Assembly: GCA_013821195.1 (NCBI GenBank)
Contig: JACDHG010000001.1
Span: forward strand, 1 to 51,653
Length of the DNA: 51,653 bases
Reading direction: 5' to 3'
Source: Propionibacteriales bacterium
GTDB lineage: Bacteria > Actinomycetota > Actinomycetes > Propionibacteriales > Nocardioidaceae
Below the pieces are notes generated by a model. That model did not search any database. It saw nothing but the letters and a program-made list of their open reading frames with translations, and was not told the origin of the DNA. The translations under genes were made by a program, and so were the position numbers. The stretch's first letter is position 1, and each line of letters begins with the position of its first letter. Shown piece after piece: positions 17,757-27,552 of the stretch.

Positions 17757-19639
17757 CCCGGAGAGCCCCCGGCGGCTCGGGTGGGTCGTCAGGAGCCAAC
17801 CGCCCAGCGTCTGGGCGTGCGCGCTCACGACCGGCAGCCGACCGCGCGATTCCTCACCACACCGCGCCGACCCGGAGCACGCGGCGACGCTTCCGTCGCC
17901 GCCGTCGTACCCTCGAGCTCTCGACCGGGTCCTTCCGATTGTGGAGCAGCTTCTGCGTCGTCGCCTTCGTGCTGTCGCTCTTCGCCGCCCGACTGATCCA
18001 GCTACAGGGAATCGACCAGAACGACTATGCCGCAATGGCTGTCGACAAGGGCGCCAAGACCGTCACGATCGAGGCGCCACGTGCATCCATCTACGACCGG
18101 AACGGAGTGGCGCTGGCCGAGACTGTCGCCGCGTCGAAGATCGTGGCGGACCCCACCGACGCGAGTGACTACGCCACAGACATCGCCGTCATCTTGCACA
18201 ACCGTCTCGGCGTCGACTACATCGAGACGGTGTCCCTGCTGCGTAAGACGAGCACGCGCTACGTCGAGCTCGCCCGGCACGTGAAGCCCGAGCTGGCGAG
18301 CGCGGTCGTCTCGCAGCTACAGCAGGCCGGCTACCCCGGCGTGTACGCCGACAAGGACACGCTGCGGATCTACCCAGCCGACGACGTCGCTGCCAACCTC
18401 GTCGGCTTCCTCACCGACGACGGGATCGGCGCCGCGGGGTTCGAAGCCTCGCTCGACGACACCCTCGCCGGTGAGGACGGTTCGGCGACCGTCGAGATGG
18501 CAGACGGCCAACAGCTTCCGCTCGCGGACAGCACGGTGGTGGCACCGAAGGAGGGCACTGGGGTACGCCTGACCATCGACCAGGACCTGCAGTTCCTGGC
18601 TCAACGCCGCCTTGCTCAGGCGGTTCGAGAGTCCGGTGGCACCGCCGGGTACGCCGTCGTGATGGACGTCAAGACCGGTCAGCTGCTCGCGCTCGCGGAC
18701 ACCCCGACGTTCGACCCCAACCAGCGCAAGCTCTCCGCGCCCGAGGACTACGGCTCCCGCGCGTTGCAGGACGTCTATGAGCCAGGCAGCGTCGAGAAGG
18801 TGCTGACGTTCGCGTCACTCATCGACGCGGGGTACATCACCCCGAGAACGAAGATCCGTGTCCCGTCGGTGCTTCCGCGGGACGACACGACGATCAACGA
18901 CTACTTCACACACGGCACGCTGCGTCTGACCGCCACCGGAGTCATGGCCAAGTCTTCCAACATCGGCACGGTGCTGGCGACGGAGAAGATTCCACCGGCA
19001 GAGCTGTACGGCTACCTGCGCGACTTCGGATTCGGCTCCCGCACCGACGTGGGCCTGCAGGGAGAAAGCCAGGGTCTCCTGCCGCGACCGAAGGACTGGC
19101 TGCCCATCACCCGCGACACGGTGTCGTTCGGACAGGGCCTCTCGGTCAACGCCGTCCAGATGGCCGCCGGGATCGCCGCCATCGCCAACGGAGGCGTCTA
19201 CGTGCAGCCGTCATTGGTCGACGGGTACGTCGACACCGAGGGCGGTGTCACCCCGGCTGCGGACCCGGACCGCCACCGCGTCGTCAGCACCAAGGCGGCG
19301 AGCCTCGTCGCCCGCATGATGGAGGAGGTCGTGGGCCCGGACGGGACCGCCCCGCTCGCGAACATCAACGGGTATCGGATCGCCGGCAAGACGGGGACTG
19401 CGCAACGGGTCGACCCGTCCTGCGGTTGCTATCGCGGATTCACCGTCTCCTTCGCCGGGTTCGCACCTGCCGACGACCCTCGGTTCGTCGTGTACGTCGT
19501 CGTGCAAGAGCCCAAGGACGGGAATGGCGGTGGCCTCACAGGGGGGCCGGTGTTCCATGACCTGATGGCGGCCACGCTGCAGAAGTTCGGCGTACCACCC
19601 ACCGGCCAGCGAGAGCCCGCGCTGCCCGTGGAGTGGTGA
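17753..19639 (+). CDS. ftsI: Penicillin-binding protein 2 class / FtsI transpeptidase
   Basis: GTGA overlap with ftsL. SxxK (GSVEKV), SxN (KSSNIG) and KTG (AGKTGTA) motifs, with an N-terminal TM. Confidence 0.9.
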   Translation: MTRRAPGGSGGSSGANRPASGRARSRPAADRAIPHHTAPTRSTRRRFRRRRRTLELSTGSFRLWSSFCVVAFVLSLFAARLIQLQGIDQNDYAAMAVDKGAKTVTIEAPRASIYDRNGVALAETVAASKIVADPTDASDYATDIAVILHNRLGVDYIETVSLLRKTSTRYVELARHVKPELASAVVSQLQQAGYPGVYADKDTLRIYPADDVAANLVGFLTDDGIGAAGFEASLDDTLAGEDGSATVEMADGQQLPLADSTVVAPKEGTGVRLTIDQDLQFLAQRRLAQAVRESGGTAGYAVVMDVKTGQLLALADTPTFDPNQRKLSAPEDYGSRALQDVYEPGSVEKVLTFASLIDAGYITPRTKIRVPSVLPRDDTTINDYFTHGTLRLTATGVMAKSSNIGTVLATEKIPPAELYGYLRDFGFGSRTDVGLQGESQGLLPRPKDWLPITRDTVSFGQGLSVNAVQMAAGIAAIANGGVYVQPSLVDGYVDTEGGVTPAADPDRHRVVSTKAASLVARMMEEVVGPDGTAPLANINGYRIAGKTGTAQRVDPSCGCYRGFTVSFAGFAPADDPRFVVYVVVQEPKDGNGGGLTGGPVFHDLMAATLQKFGVPPTGQREPALPVEW

Positions 19640-19658
19640 GCGTCGCTACCCTTCGGCT

Positions 19659-21227
19659 GTGTCCTCCCATGCCTCCTCCGAGGTGACCATGAGCACGCGG
19701 CCGGCTGCGATCCGCCCCGTCTCGCTCGCCGCGGTGGCGGAGCATGCGAAGGCCGCGTTCGGGTCGGGTCCCGACCGGGCTGCCGCCGTCGCCAGGACTC
19801 AGGTCACGGGCGTCGCACAGGCGTCGCGACAGGTGAGAGCCGGGGACCTCTACGTCGCCCGGCCGGGTGGGAGCACTCATGGCGCGCACTACGTCGCAGC
19901 CGCGGAGGAAGCGGGTGCCGTCGCCTGGATGACCGACACCGCCGGCGCGAGGATCGGCGCCGACTCACACCTGCCATGCCTGGTCGTCGACGACCCTCGC
20001 CACGTGCTCGGCTCCACCGCTGCCATGGTCTACGGCGGGCCCGCGGAGCGCCTGACCATGATCGGGATCACCGGCACGCAGGGCAAGACGACGACGACAC
20101 GGCTCATCGAGGCGGGCTTGTCCGGTGTCGGTGCCGTCAGCGCCGTCATCGGCACGATGGGAACCTCCATCGCTGGGCAACCCGTCTCCAGCCACCTGAC
20201 CACACCCGAGGCGCCGGACCTGCACGCGCTCTTCGCGGTCATGGTCGAGCAGGGGGTCGAGGTCTGCGCAATGGAGGTCTCGAGCCATGCCCTCGAGGTC
20301 GGCCGCGTGGACGGGGTGGTCTTCGACCTCGCGGTATTCACCAACTTCGGCCGTGACCACCTCGACTTCCACGAGACCGTGGAAGCGTACTTCGCCGCGA
20401 AGTGCGGGCTGTTCACTGCCTCTCGCGCGCGGCGGGGGCTCATCAACGTCGACGACCCCAGCGTCGTACGCCTGCTCGAAGAGCCGTCGATCGAGCTCAG
20501 CACGTTCTCGGCGTCCGGCGCCGGCGCCGACTGGCGGGCCTCCGCCGTCGCCACCAGCGGGATCGGATCGCGGATGACCATCTCAGGGCCTGGGGTGCGG
20601 GTGGCTGCGTCCGTGGCTCTTCCAGGGGCGTTCAACGTGACGAACGCTCTGTGTGCCCTTGCGGCGATCGGTGAGATAGGACTGGACGTCTCGGCGGCGG
20701 CCCAAGCCATCGGTGCGGTCGGCAACGTGCCCGGCCGGATGGAGCGCGTCGACCGTGGGCAGGGCTTCCTCGTCATCGTCGACTATGCGCACAAGCCTGA
20801 TGCGCTCACTGCGGCGTTGGAGGCGCTCCGGCCGTCGACGCCGGGAACCCTCACCGTCGTGCTCGGGGCAGGCGGGAACCGAGACACCGGCAAACGGCCG
20901 CTGATGGGGCACGTGGCCGCCTCGCTCGCTGATGTTGTCGTCGTGACAGACGACAACCCGCGATCGGAGGATCCTCGGTCGATCCGGGCCCAGGTCATCG
21001 CCGGCGCGGCCACGGTCACCGGAGGCGCGCACGTGCGTGAGATCGGCGACCGCGAGCTGGCGATCACCACGGCGCTGCGGGAGGCTGTCGCCGGTGACAC
21101 CGTCGTCGTCGCAGGCAAAGGGCACGAGACCGGCCAGGAGATCGCCGGGTCGATCTATCCGTTCGACGACCGTGAGGTCGTCACCGCCGTGCTCGAGCAG
21201 CTAGCAGGGGCCGGAGGTCCGCAGTGA
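19659..21227 (+). CDS. murE: UDP-N-acetylmuramoyl-L-alanyl-D-glutamate--2,6-diaminopimelate ligase
   Basis: GITGTQGKTTT P-loop and the DNPRSEDP motif. The start is uncertain: GTG 19659 or ATG 19689 (the latter preceded by gaggtg). Confidence 0.9.
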   Translation: MSSHASSEVTMSTRPAAIRPVSLAAVAEHAKAAFGSGPDRAAAVARTQVTGVAQASRQVRAGDLYVARPGGSTHGAHYVAAAEEAGAVAWMTDTAGARIGADSHLPCLVVDDPRHVLGSTAAMVYGGPAERLTMIGITGTQGKTTTTRLIEAGLSGVGAVSAVIGTMGTSIAGQPVSSHLTTPEAPDLHALFAVMVEQGVEVCAMEVSSHALEVGRVDGVVFDLAVFTNFGRDHLDFHETVEAYFAAKCGLFTASRARRGLINVDDPSVVRLLEEPSIELSTFSASGAGADWRASAVATSGIGSRMTISGPGVRVAASVALPGAFNVTNALCALAAIGEIGLDVSAAAQAIGAVGNVPGRMERVDRGQGFLVIVDYAHKPDALTAALEALRPSTPGTLTVVLGAGGNRDTGKRPLMGHVAASLADVVVVTDDNPRSEDPRSIRAQVIAGAATVTGGAHVREIGDRELAITTALREAVAGDTVVVAGKGHETGQEIAGSIYPFDDREVVTAVLEQLAGAGGPQ

Positions 21228-22645
21228 TTCCCCTGACGCTTCGGGAGATAGCGTCGATCGTCGACGGCACCCTGGCGGACGCGACAGGTGACGAACATGT
21301 GACCGGCACATCCTTCGTCGACTCCCGGTACGCCGTCCCGGGGGGCCTCTTCGTCGCCGTGGTCGGCGAGCACGTCGACGGTCACGACTACGCGACGGAC
21401 GCTGTCAGCCACGGTGCAGCAGCCGCGCTCACCACGCGGCAGGTCGGGGTGCCGGCCGTCGTGGTCCGTGACACCGTCGTCGCGTTGGGCCTGCTGGCGC
21501 GCCATGTGGTCGCCGCGTTGCCGTCGATGTACGTCGTCGGCGTCACGGGCTCACAGGGCAAGACGAGCACCAAGGACCTCCTGGCGCAGGTGTGCGAGCT
21601 TTCCGGCGACACCGTTGCCCCCGCCGAGTCGCTCAACAACGAGATCGGGGTGCCGCTGACTGCGCTTCGCGCCACCGGGTCGACGCGTTTCCTGATCGTC
21701 GAGATGAGCACCAGGGGGCACGGGCACATCAGCTATCTGACGTCGATCACCCCGCTCCACGCGGCGATCGTCCTCAACGTCGGTGTGGCGCACCTCGGAG
21801 AGTTCGGCTCCCGGGACCACATCGCCGCCGCCAAGGCGGAGCTCGTCCAGGCCCTGCCGGCGGACGGCGTCGCCGTACTCAACGCCGACGATCCCCGCGT
21901 CGCCGCGATGGCGGCAAGCACCGCGGCGCACGTGGTCACGTTCGGCGAGTCACCTGAGGCGGACGTGCGGGTCACCGATGTCCGGCTCGACGACACCGGC
22001 TGCGTCGGTTTCGACGTGACTGTCGGCGACGATCGACGTCACGTCCAGCTGTCTTCGATCGGTGAGCATCAGGCGCGTAACGCGGCTGCGGTCATCGCGC
22101 TGGCCACCTCGGTCGGTATCGCGCTCGACGTCGCTGTCTCTGCGCTGGAGACAGCGCGGACGAGGTCGAAGTGGCGGCTGGAGGTGACCACCAGCGACAA
22201 CGACGTGACGGTGGTCAACGACGCCTACAACGCGAACCCGGACAGCATGCGAGCGGCACTGATGACGCTTGCCCACATCGGACGTCGCCGGGGACCGCAG
22301 ACGCGGACGTTCGCCGTGCTCGGAGAGATGCGCGAGCTGGGGGCGTCGAGCATGCGCGAGCACGAGGCGATCGGCCGCCTGGCTGCGCGCCTTCACATCT
22401 CGCAGGTGGTCGCCGTCGGTGACGCGGCCAGGCAGGTGCACCGGGGCGCTGCTCGGGAGGATTCGTGGGAAGGTGAGTCGCTCGCCGTAGCGGACGCCGA
22501 GTCGGCGGTCGACTTCCTGCGGGGTGTCGTGAGAGCGGGGGACGTGGTCCTCGTGAAAGCATCGCGTGCGGCGGAGCTCGAGAAGGTGGCGCTGGCCCTG
22601 CTCGGCGACCCGGACATCGGCACAGCGACGGAGGCGGAGGCATGA
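21224..22645 (+). CDS. murF: UDP-N-acetylmuramoyl-tripeptide--D-alanyl-D-alanine ligase
   Basis: GTGA overlap with murE. GVTGSQGKTSTK P-loop. Synteny. Confidence 0.9.
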   Translation: MIPLTLREIASIVDGTLADATGDEHVTGTSFVDSRYAVPGGLFVAVVGEHVDGHDYATDAVSHGAAAALTTRQVGVPAVVVRDTVVALGLLARHVVAALPSMYVVGVTGSQGKTSTKDLLAQVCELSGDTVAPAESLNNEIGVPLTALRATGSTRFLIVEMSTRGHGHISYLTSITPLHAAIVLNVGVAHLGEFGSRDHIAAAKAELVQALPADGVAVLNADDPRVAAMAASTAAHVVTFGESPEADVRVTDVRLDDTGCVGFDVTVGDDRRHVQLSSIGEHQARNAAAVIALATSVGIALDVAVSALETARTRSKWRLEVTTSDNDVTVVNDAYNANPDSMRAALMTLAHIGRRRGPQTRTFAVLGEMRELGASSMREHEAIGRLAARLHISQVVAVGDAARQVHRGAAREDSWEGESLAVADAESAVDFLRGVVRAGDVVLVKASRAAELEKVALALLGDPDIGTATEAEA

Positions 22646-23706
22646 GAGCGCTTCTGCTCGCCGGGGGACTGAGCCTGATCGGGACGCTGGTCGGCACCCG
22701 ATGGGCGATCGCCATCCTGGCCAAGCGAGGGTACGGTCAGCTCATCCGTGACGATGGCCCGACGACGCACCACACCAAACGCGGAACTCCGACGATGGGT
22801 GGACTCGTCGTCATCGGCGCCACGTTGTTCGGCTACCTGTCGGCGAAGCTGTTGACCCAGGACATGCCATCGGCATCGGCTCTTCTGCTGCTCTTCTTGT
22901 TCGTCGGGTTGGGTGCCGTCGGCTTCGTCGACGACTACATCAAGATCGTCAAGCAGCGCAGCCTCGGCCTCCGCAGCAGGGCCAAGTTCGGGGGCCAGAC
23001 CATCATCGCGGTCACCTTCGGCTGGCTGAGTCTCCAGTTTCCCGACTCGCGCGGCAACGCCCCTGCCTCGTCGGCGATCTCGTTCGTCCGGGTCGTCGAC
23101 TGGAGGCTACCGACAGTCGTTGCGATCATCTGGGTGCTCGTCATCATCGCCGGCACCAGCAACGCGGTGAACCTCGCCGACGGCCTCGACGGACTCGCCA
23201 TCGGCAGCTCCGTGATGGTGTTCGGGGCGTACACCCTGGTCGGTATCTGGCAGAACAACCAGTTCTGCGCGATCACGCCGGGAGCCAAGTGCTACAACGA
23301 GATCCGCGACCCGCTGGACCTGGCGGTCGTGGCCGCAGCCATCACCGGGGCATGCTTCGGGTTCCTGTGGTGGAACGCGTTCCCGGCTCAGATAATCATG
23401 GGGGACACCGGGTCCCTCTCGCTGGGCGGGGCCATGGCCGGTTTCGCCATCATGACCCGCACCGAGCTGCTGCTGATCGTGTTCGGCGGACTCTTCGCCC
23501 TGATCACCCTGTCGGTCATCCTCCAGGTCGGGTTCTTCAAGTTGAGCAAGGGCAGACGGATCTTCCGGATGGCCCCGCTGCAGCACCACTTCGAGCTGAT
23601 CGGCTGGGACGAGGTCACGATCGTCATCAGGTTCTGGATCATCTGCGGCATCATGGTCGCGACCGGTCTCGGTCTCTTCTACGCCGAATGGGTGCTCGGG
23701 GTATGA
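22642..23706 (+). CDS. mraY: Phospho-N-acetylmuramoyl-pentapeptide transferase
   Basis: ATGA overlap with murF. NAVNLADGLDGLA and GDTGSLSLGG motifs. Polytopic membrane protein. Confidence 0.93.
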   Translation: MRALLLAGGLSLIGTLVGTRWAIAILAKRGYGQLIRDDGPTTHHTKRGTPTMGGLVVIGATLFGYLSAKLLTQDMPSASALLLLFLFVGLGAVGFVDDYIKIVKQRSLGLRSRAKFGGQTIIAVTFGWLSLQFPDSRGNAPASSAISFVRVVDWRLPTVVAIIWVLVIIAGTSNAVNLADGLDGLAIGSSVMVFGAYTLVGIWQNNQFCAITPGAKCYNEIRDPLDLAVVAAAITGACFGFLWWNAFPAQIIMGDTGSLSLGGAMAGFAIMTRTELLLIVFGGLFALITLSVILQVGFFKLSKGRRIFRMAPLQHHFELIGWDEVTIVIRFWIICGIMVATGLGLFYAEWVLGV

Positions 23707-23710
23707 GCTC

Positions 23711-25171
23711 ATGACGCAGCCGCGCGACACCTCCTGGCTGGCGTCGGCGGATCAGCGTTCACCCTGGGAGCAGGTCAGGGTCGCGGTCGCAGGCCTCGGG
23801 CTCTCGGGATTCGCGGCCGCCGACGCCCTCCAGCACCTCGGTGCCGCCGTGACGGTCGTCGCCGAGTCCACCGACGAGGCTTCGCGCGAGAAGGCCACCC
23901 TGCTGGAGATCCTCGGTGTCGACGTCCGCCTCGGGGGCGACCCGCGCGGCGACCTTCCCGGTGACCTCGACCTGGTGGTGATGTCGCCCGGCATACCGCC
24001 CGGCGCGCCGCTGCCGGCAGAGGCTGCGCGGCGCGGGCTGCTGGTATGGGGTGACGTGGAGCTGGCTTGGCGGCTGCGCGACCCAGCGAACCTGACTCCC
24101 TGGTTGTGCGTCACGGGCACCAACGGCAAGACGACAACCGTTCAGATGTTGGAGGCGATGCTGCGTGCTGACGGGCTGCGGGCCGCCGCTGCCGGCAACG
24201 TCGGGTTGCCCATGTGCGAGGTGGTGATGGACCCCGACCCCTTCGACGTCCTCGCGGTGGAGCTGTCCTCCCACCAGCTGCACTGGTCGAGCACCCTGTC
24301 GGCGCACTCCGCGACCGTGCTCAACGTCGCACCGGACCACCTCTCCTGGCACGGCGACGTGGAGAGCTATACCGCGGCGAAGGCAAAGGTCTACGAGCGC
24401 TGTCAGGTCTCCGCCGTCTACAACGTCGACGCTTCGCCCTCGCGGAGGCTGGTAGAGGAGGCCGAGGTCGTCGAGGGCTGCCGCGCCATCGGCTTCACCT
24501 TGGGCATTCCCTCCGTCGGGATGATCGGCCTGGTCGAGGATGTCCTCGCCGACCGTGCGTTCATCGAGGGACGTGACCGTAACGCGGCCGAGCTCGCCCG
24601 GGTGGCTGATGTGAGCAGCGGCGCCCCGCATAACGTGGCCAACGCCTTGGCAGCGGCAGCCCTCGCGCGTTCCTTCGGCGTTGCGGCGGACGCCGTACGC
24701 CGAGGGCTGCAAGGGTTCGAGCTCGACCGTCACCGGATCGCCGAGGTGGGCGACCTCGACGGGGTCAGGTACGTCGACGACTCCAAGGCGACCAACTCTC
24801 ATGCGGCGCTCGCCTCGTTGCAGGCATTCGACACCGTGGTCTGGGTGGCCGGCGGCTTGGCCAAAGGAGCGAGCTTCGACGAGCTTGTCAAGGAATCGGC
24901 GAGCCGACTGCGCGGCGTCGTTCTCCTTGGTGCGGATCGTGCGCTGATCTCGGCTGCGCTTTCGCGACACGCTCCGGATGTCCCGGTGATCGAGGTGTCA
25001 GACACCGAGACTGGGGTGATGGAGCGCGCGGTCCACGCGGCAGCATCGCTCGCCCAACCGGGTGACACGGTGCTGCTGGCGCCGGCCTGCGCGTCCCAGG
25101 ACCTGTTCGCGGACTACGCGGCCCGCGGAGATGCGTTCGCTGCCGCAGTGCGGTGGCTTCGCGAACGCTGA
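23711..25171 (+). CDS. murD: UDP-N-acetylmuramoylalanine--D-glutamate ligase
   Basis: VTGTNGKTTT P-loop and DDSKATN motif. Synteny. Confidence 0.9.
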   Translation: MTQPRDTSWLASADQRSPWEQVRVAVAGLGLSGFAAADALQHLGAAVTVVAESTDEASREKATLLEILGVDVRLGGDPRGDLPGDLDLVVMSPGIPPGAPLPAEAARRGLLVWGDVELAWRLRDPANLTPWLCVTGTNGKTTTVQMLEAMLRADGLRAAAAGNVGLPMCEVVMDPDPFDVLAVELSSHQLHWSSTLSAHSATVLNVAPDHLSWHGDVESYTAAKAKVYERCQVSAVYNVDASPSRRLVEEAEVVEGCRAIGFTLGIPSVGMIGLVEDVLADRAFIEGRDRNAAELARVADVSSGAPHNVANALAAAALARSFGVAADAVRRGLQGFELDRHRIAEVGDLDGVRYVDDSKATNSHAALASLQAFDTVVWVAGGLAKGASFDELVKESASRLRGVVLLGADRALISAALSRHAPDVPVIEVSDTETGVMERAVHAAASLAQPGDTVLLAPACASQDLFADYAARGDAFAAAVRWLRER

Positions 25172-25211
25172 AGCTGGCCGTGGTTCGACATCTGACACGA
25201 GAAGGGCCGAC

Positions 25212-26447
25212 GTGGCGACCACGACAAGGGAGGCAGGTAAGGCGCGTGGGGCGTCGGGCGACAGCTTTGCGACCGCGCTCAAGCGCACCCTCGACCGGCC
25301 GCTCACGTCGTACCACATCGTCCTCGGAGTGACCGGTCTGCTGCTGTGCCTGGGGTTGCTGATGGTGCTCAGCGCCTCGAGCGTGTCATCGCTGCGTGAG
25401 TACGGGAGCTCATACGCGATCTTCGCACGCCAGGCCATGTGGGTGGCGATCGCGGTGCCCGTCGCCTGGGTGACGTCACGGCTGCCCCACCGCGCCGTCC
25501 GGGCAATGTCGTGGCCAGCACTGCTCGTGTCCGCAGGTCTGATCGCCATGACCTATCTGCCGGGTTTCGGGGTTCTCGTCAACGGCAACCGGAACTGGAT
25601 CTCCTTCGGTGGGCCGTTCCAGCTGCAGCCGTCGGAGCTTGCGAAGCTGGCGCTCGTGCTGTGGCTTGCCGACGTCTATGCCCGCAAGGGCAGGCTGCTG
25701 CGTGAGTGGCGGCATCTGATCGTGCCGATGGTCCCGGTGTCGGTGGTCGTGGTCGGGCTCGTTGTCGCCCAAGGCGACCTCGGGACGGCTCTCGTCCTGT
25801 TCGCGATCGTCCTGGGCATGCTGTGGGTCGTCGGCGCTCCAGCCCGGCTCTTCACCGGGGCATTCCTCATCACGTTGGTGACGGCCTTCGCACTCGCCGC
25901 GACCGAGCGGGAGCGGGTCGCCCGGCTCACGAGCTTCGTCGACCCGATCTCGGAGTACGGCGCCAACGGGTGGCAGGCCAGCCACGGCTTCTTCGCGCTG
26001 GCCACGGGTGGTCTGTGGGGGCGTGGGATCGGTGCGAGCAGCCAGAAATGGGGCGGGCTCCCCGAGGCCCACACCGACTACATCTTCGCGATCATCGGCG
26101 AGGAGTTCGGGCTCTTCGGCACGTTGGTCGTGCTCGCGCTCTTCGCGGCTCTCGCCTACGCCGGAATCCGGATCGCGGCCCGCACCAAGGACCGGTTCGT
26201 TCGCTTCGCGTCGGCCGGCATCGTCGTGTGGCTGCTGTCGCAGGCGCTCATCAACATCGGCATGGTGCTCGGCCTGCTGCCCGTCGTCGGCATTCCGCTC
26301 CCGCTCATCTCCTACGGCGGCTCCGCACTCGTACCGACCCTCGTCGCGCTGGGGCTCCTGATGTCCTTTGCTCGCCATGAGCCCGGCGCTCCAGCGGCGC
26401 TGCGAGCTCGTCGTCGTACCCGATGGCCCGTCTCGGGCCGGACGTGA
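25212..26447 (+). CDS. ftsW: SEDS-family peptidoglycan polymerase FtsW
   Basis: I chose GTG 25212 (after gaaggg) because the track start 25062 overlaps murD. QPSELAKLALVLW and GIPLPLISYGGSAL motifs. Confidence 0.88.
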   Translation: MATTTREAGKARGASGDSFATALKRTLDRPLTSYHIVLGVTGLLLCLGLLMVLSASSVSSLREYGSSYAIFARQAMWVAIAVPVAWVTSRLPHRAVRAMSWPALLVSAGLIAMTYLPGFGVLVNGNRNWISFGGPFQLQPSELAKLALVLWLADVYARKGRLLREWRHLIVPMVPVSVVVVGLVVAQGDLGTALVLFAIVLGMLWVVGAPARLFTGAFLITLVTAFALAATERERVARLTSFVDPISEYGANGWQASHGFFALATGGLWGRGIGASSQKWGGLPEAHTDYIFAIIGEEFGLFGTLVVLALFAALAYAGIRIAARTKDRFVRFASAGIVVWLLSQALINIGMVLGLLPVVGIPLPLISYGGSALVPTLVALGLLMSFARHEPGAPAALRARRRTRWPVSGRT

Positions 26448-26463
26448 CAGCGGGCAGCCGGTG

Positions 26464-27552
26464 ATGCGCATCCTGCTCGCCGGAGGAGGCTCCGCAGGTC
26501 ACACCTCGCCCCTCATCGCAACTGCCGACGCCTTGCTCCGCAAGGCGTCTGACGTCGACATCACCTGTCTCGGCACCGCACGCGGGCTCGAGACCAGGGT
26601 CATCCCTGACGCCGGATACCGGCTCGAGCTCATCCCACCGGTCCCACTGCCCAGGCGGGTCTCGCTCGACCTCGCGCGCGTGCCGGGGCGGCTGCGCAGT
26701 GCCGTCTCTGCGACCCGTGCCATCGTCGAGCGCATCGAACCAGATGTCATCGTCGGCTTCGGGGGGTACGTGTGTATGCCCGCGTACGTCGTCGCACGCA
26801 GGAAGAAACTTCCCCTCGTCATCCATGAGGGAAACGCGTTGCCGGGCGTCGCCAACCGCTTCGGGGCCCGGTTGTGCACCGACCTGGTCGCCACGTCTTT
26901 CCCCAATACCAAGCTACCCAACGGTCGCTTCATCGGGCTTCCGATCCGGCGCGCAATCTCGACTCTCGACCGGGCTGAGCTGCGGGCGCTCGCCCGCGAG
27001 CACTTCGGCCTCCTGCAGGATGCCCCGACGCTCCTGGTCACGGGCGGGAGCCAAGGTGCCCGGCGCATCAACCACGCCGTCGCGGGTGCCGCGTCCGACT
27101 TCGCTGCCGCGGGAGTGCAGGTGCTCCACGTCAAAGGGCCACGAGGCGACGTTCCGCTGGGTCCGGTCGGGGCCGGCCAGGTCCCGCCCTACGTCGTCGT
27201 GCCCTTTGTGGACCGGATGGAGCTGGCCTACGCCGCGGCAGACGCGATGGTCGGCCGAGCGGGGGCCAACTCGGTCACGGAGGCGGCCGCCATCGGCCTG
27301 CCGGCTGTCTTCGTGCCTCTCCCTATCGGCAACGGCGAGCAGGCGCTCAACGCCGCGGCGGTCGTGGAGGCCGGTGGCGGCGTCCTCGTCGCCGATGCGG
27401 ACTTCACTCCTGACTGGGTGCGCCGGACCCTTCCGGGCCTGTTGCTCGACTCTGCCCGCCTGCACTCGATGAGCGAGGCGGCTGGGAGCCTGATCCGCCG
27501 GGACGCCGACGAGCTGCTCGCGGACATGATCATCGCGGCGGCGACTCGATGA
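26464..27552 (+). CDS. murG: Undecaprenyldiphospho-muramoylpentapeptide beta-N-acetylglucosaminyltransferase
   Basis: MRILLAGGGSAGHTSPL and VTGGSQGA motifs. The track ORF from 26368 overlaps the ftsW 3' end. GTG 26461 is an alternative start. Confidence 0.9.
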   Translation: MRILLAGGGSAGHTSPLIATADALLRKASDVDITCLGTARGLETRVIPDAGYRLELIPPVPLPRRVSLDLARVPGRLRSAVSATRAIVERIEPDVIVGFGGYVCMPAYVVARRKKLPLVIHEGNALPGVANRFGARLCTDLVATSFPNTKLPNGRFIGLPIRRAISTLDRAELRALAREHFGLLQDAPTLLVTGGSQGARRINHAVAGAASDFAAAGVQVLHVKGPRGDVPLGPVGAGQVPPYVVVPFVDRMELAYAAADAMVGRAGANSVTEAAAIGLPAVFVPLPIGNGEQALNAAAVVEAGGGVLVADADFTPDWVRRTLPGLLLDSARLHSMSEAAGSLIRRDADELLADMIIAAATR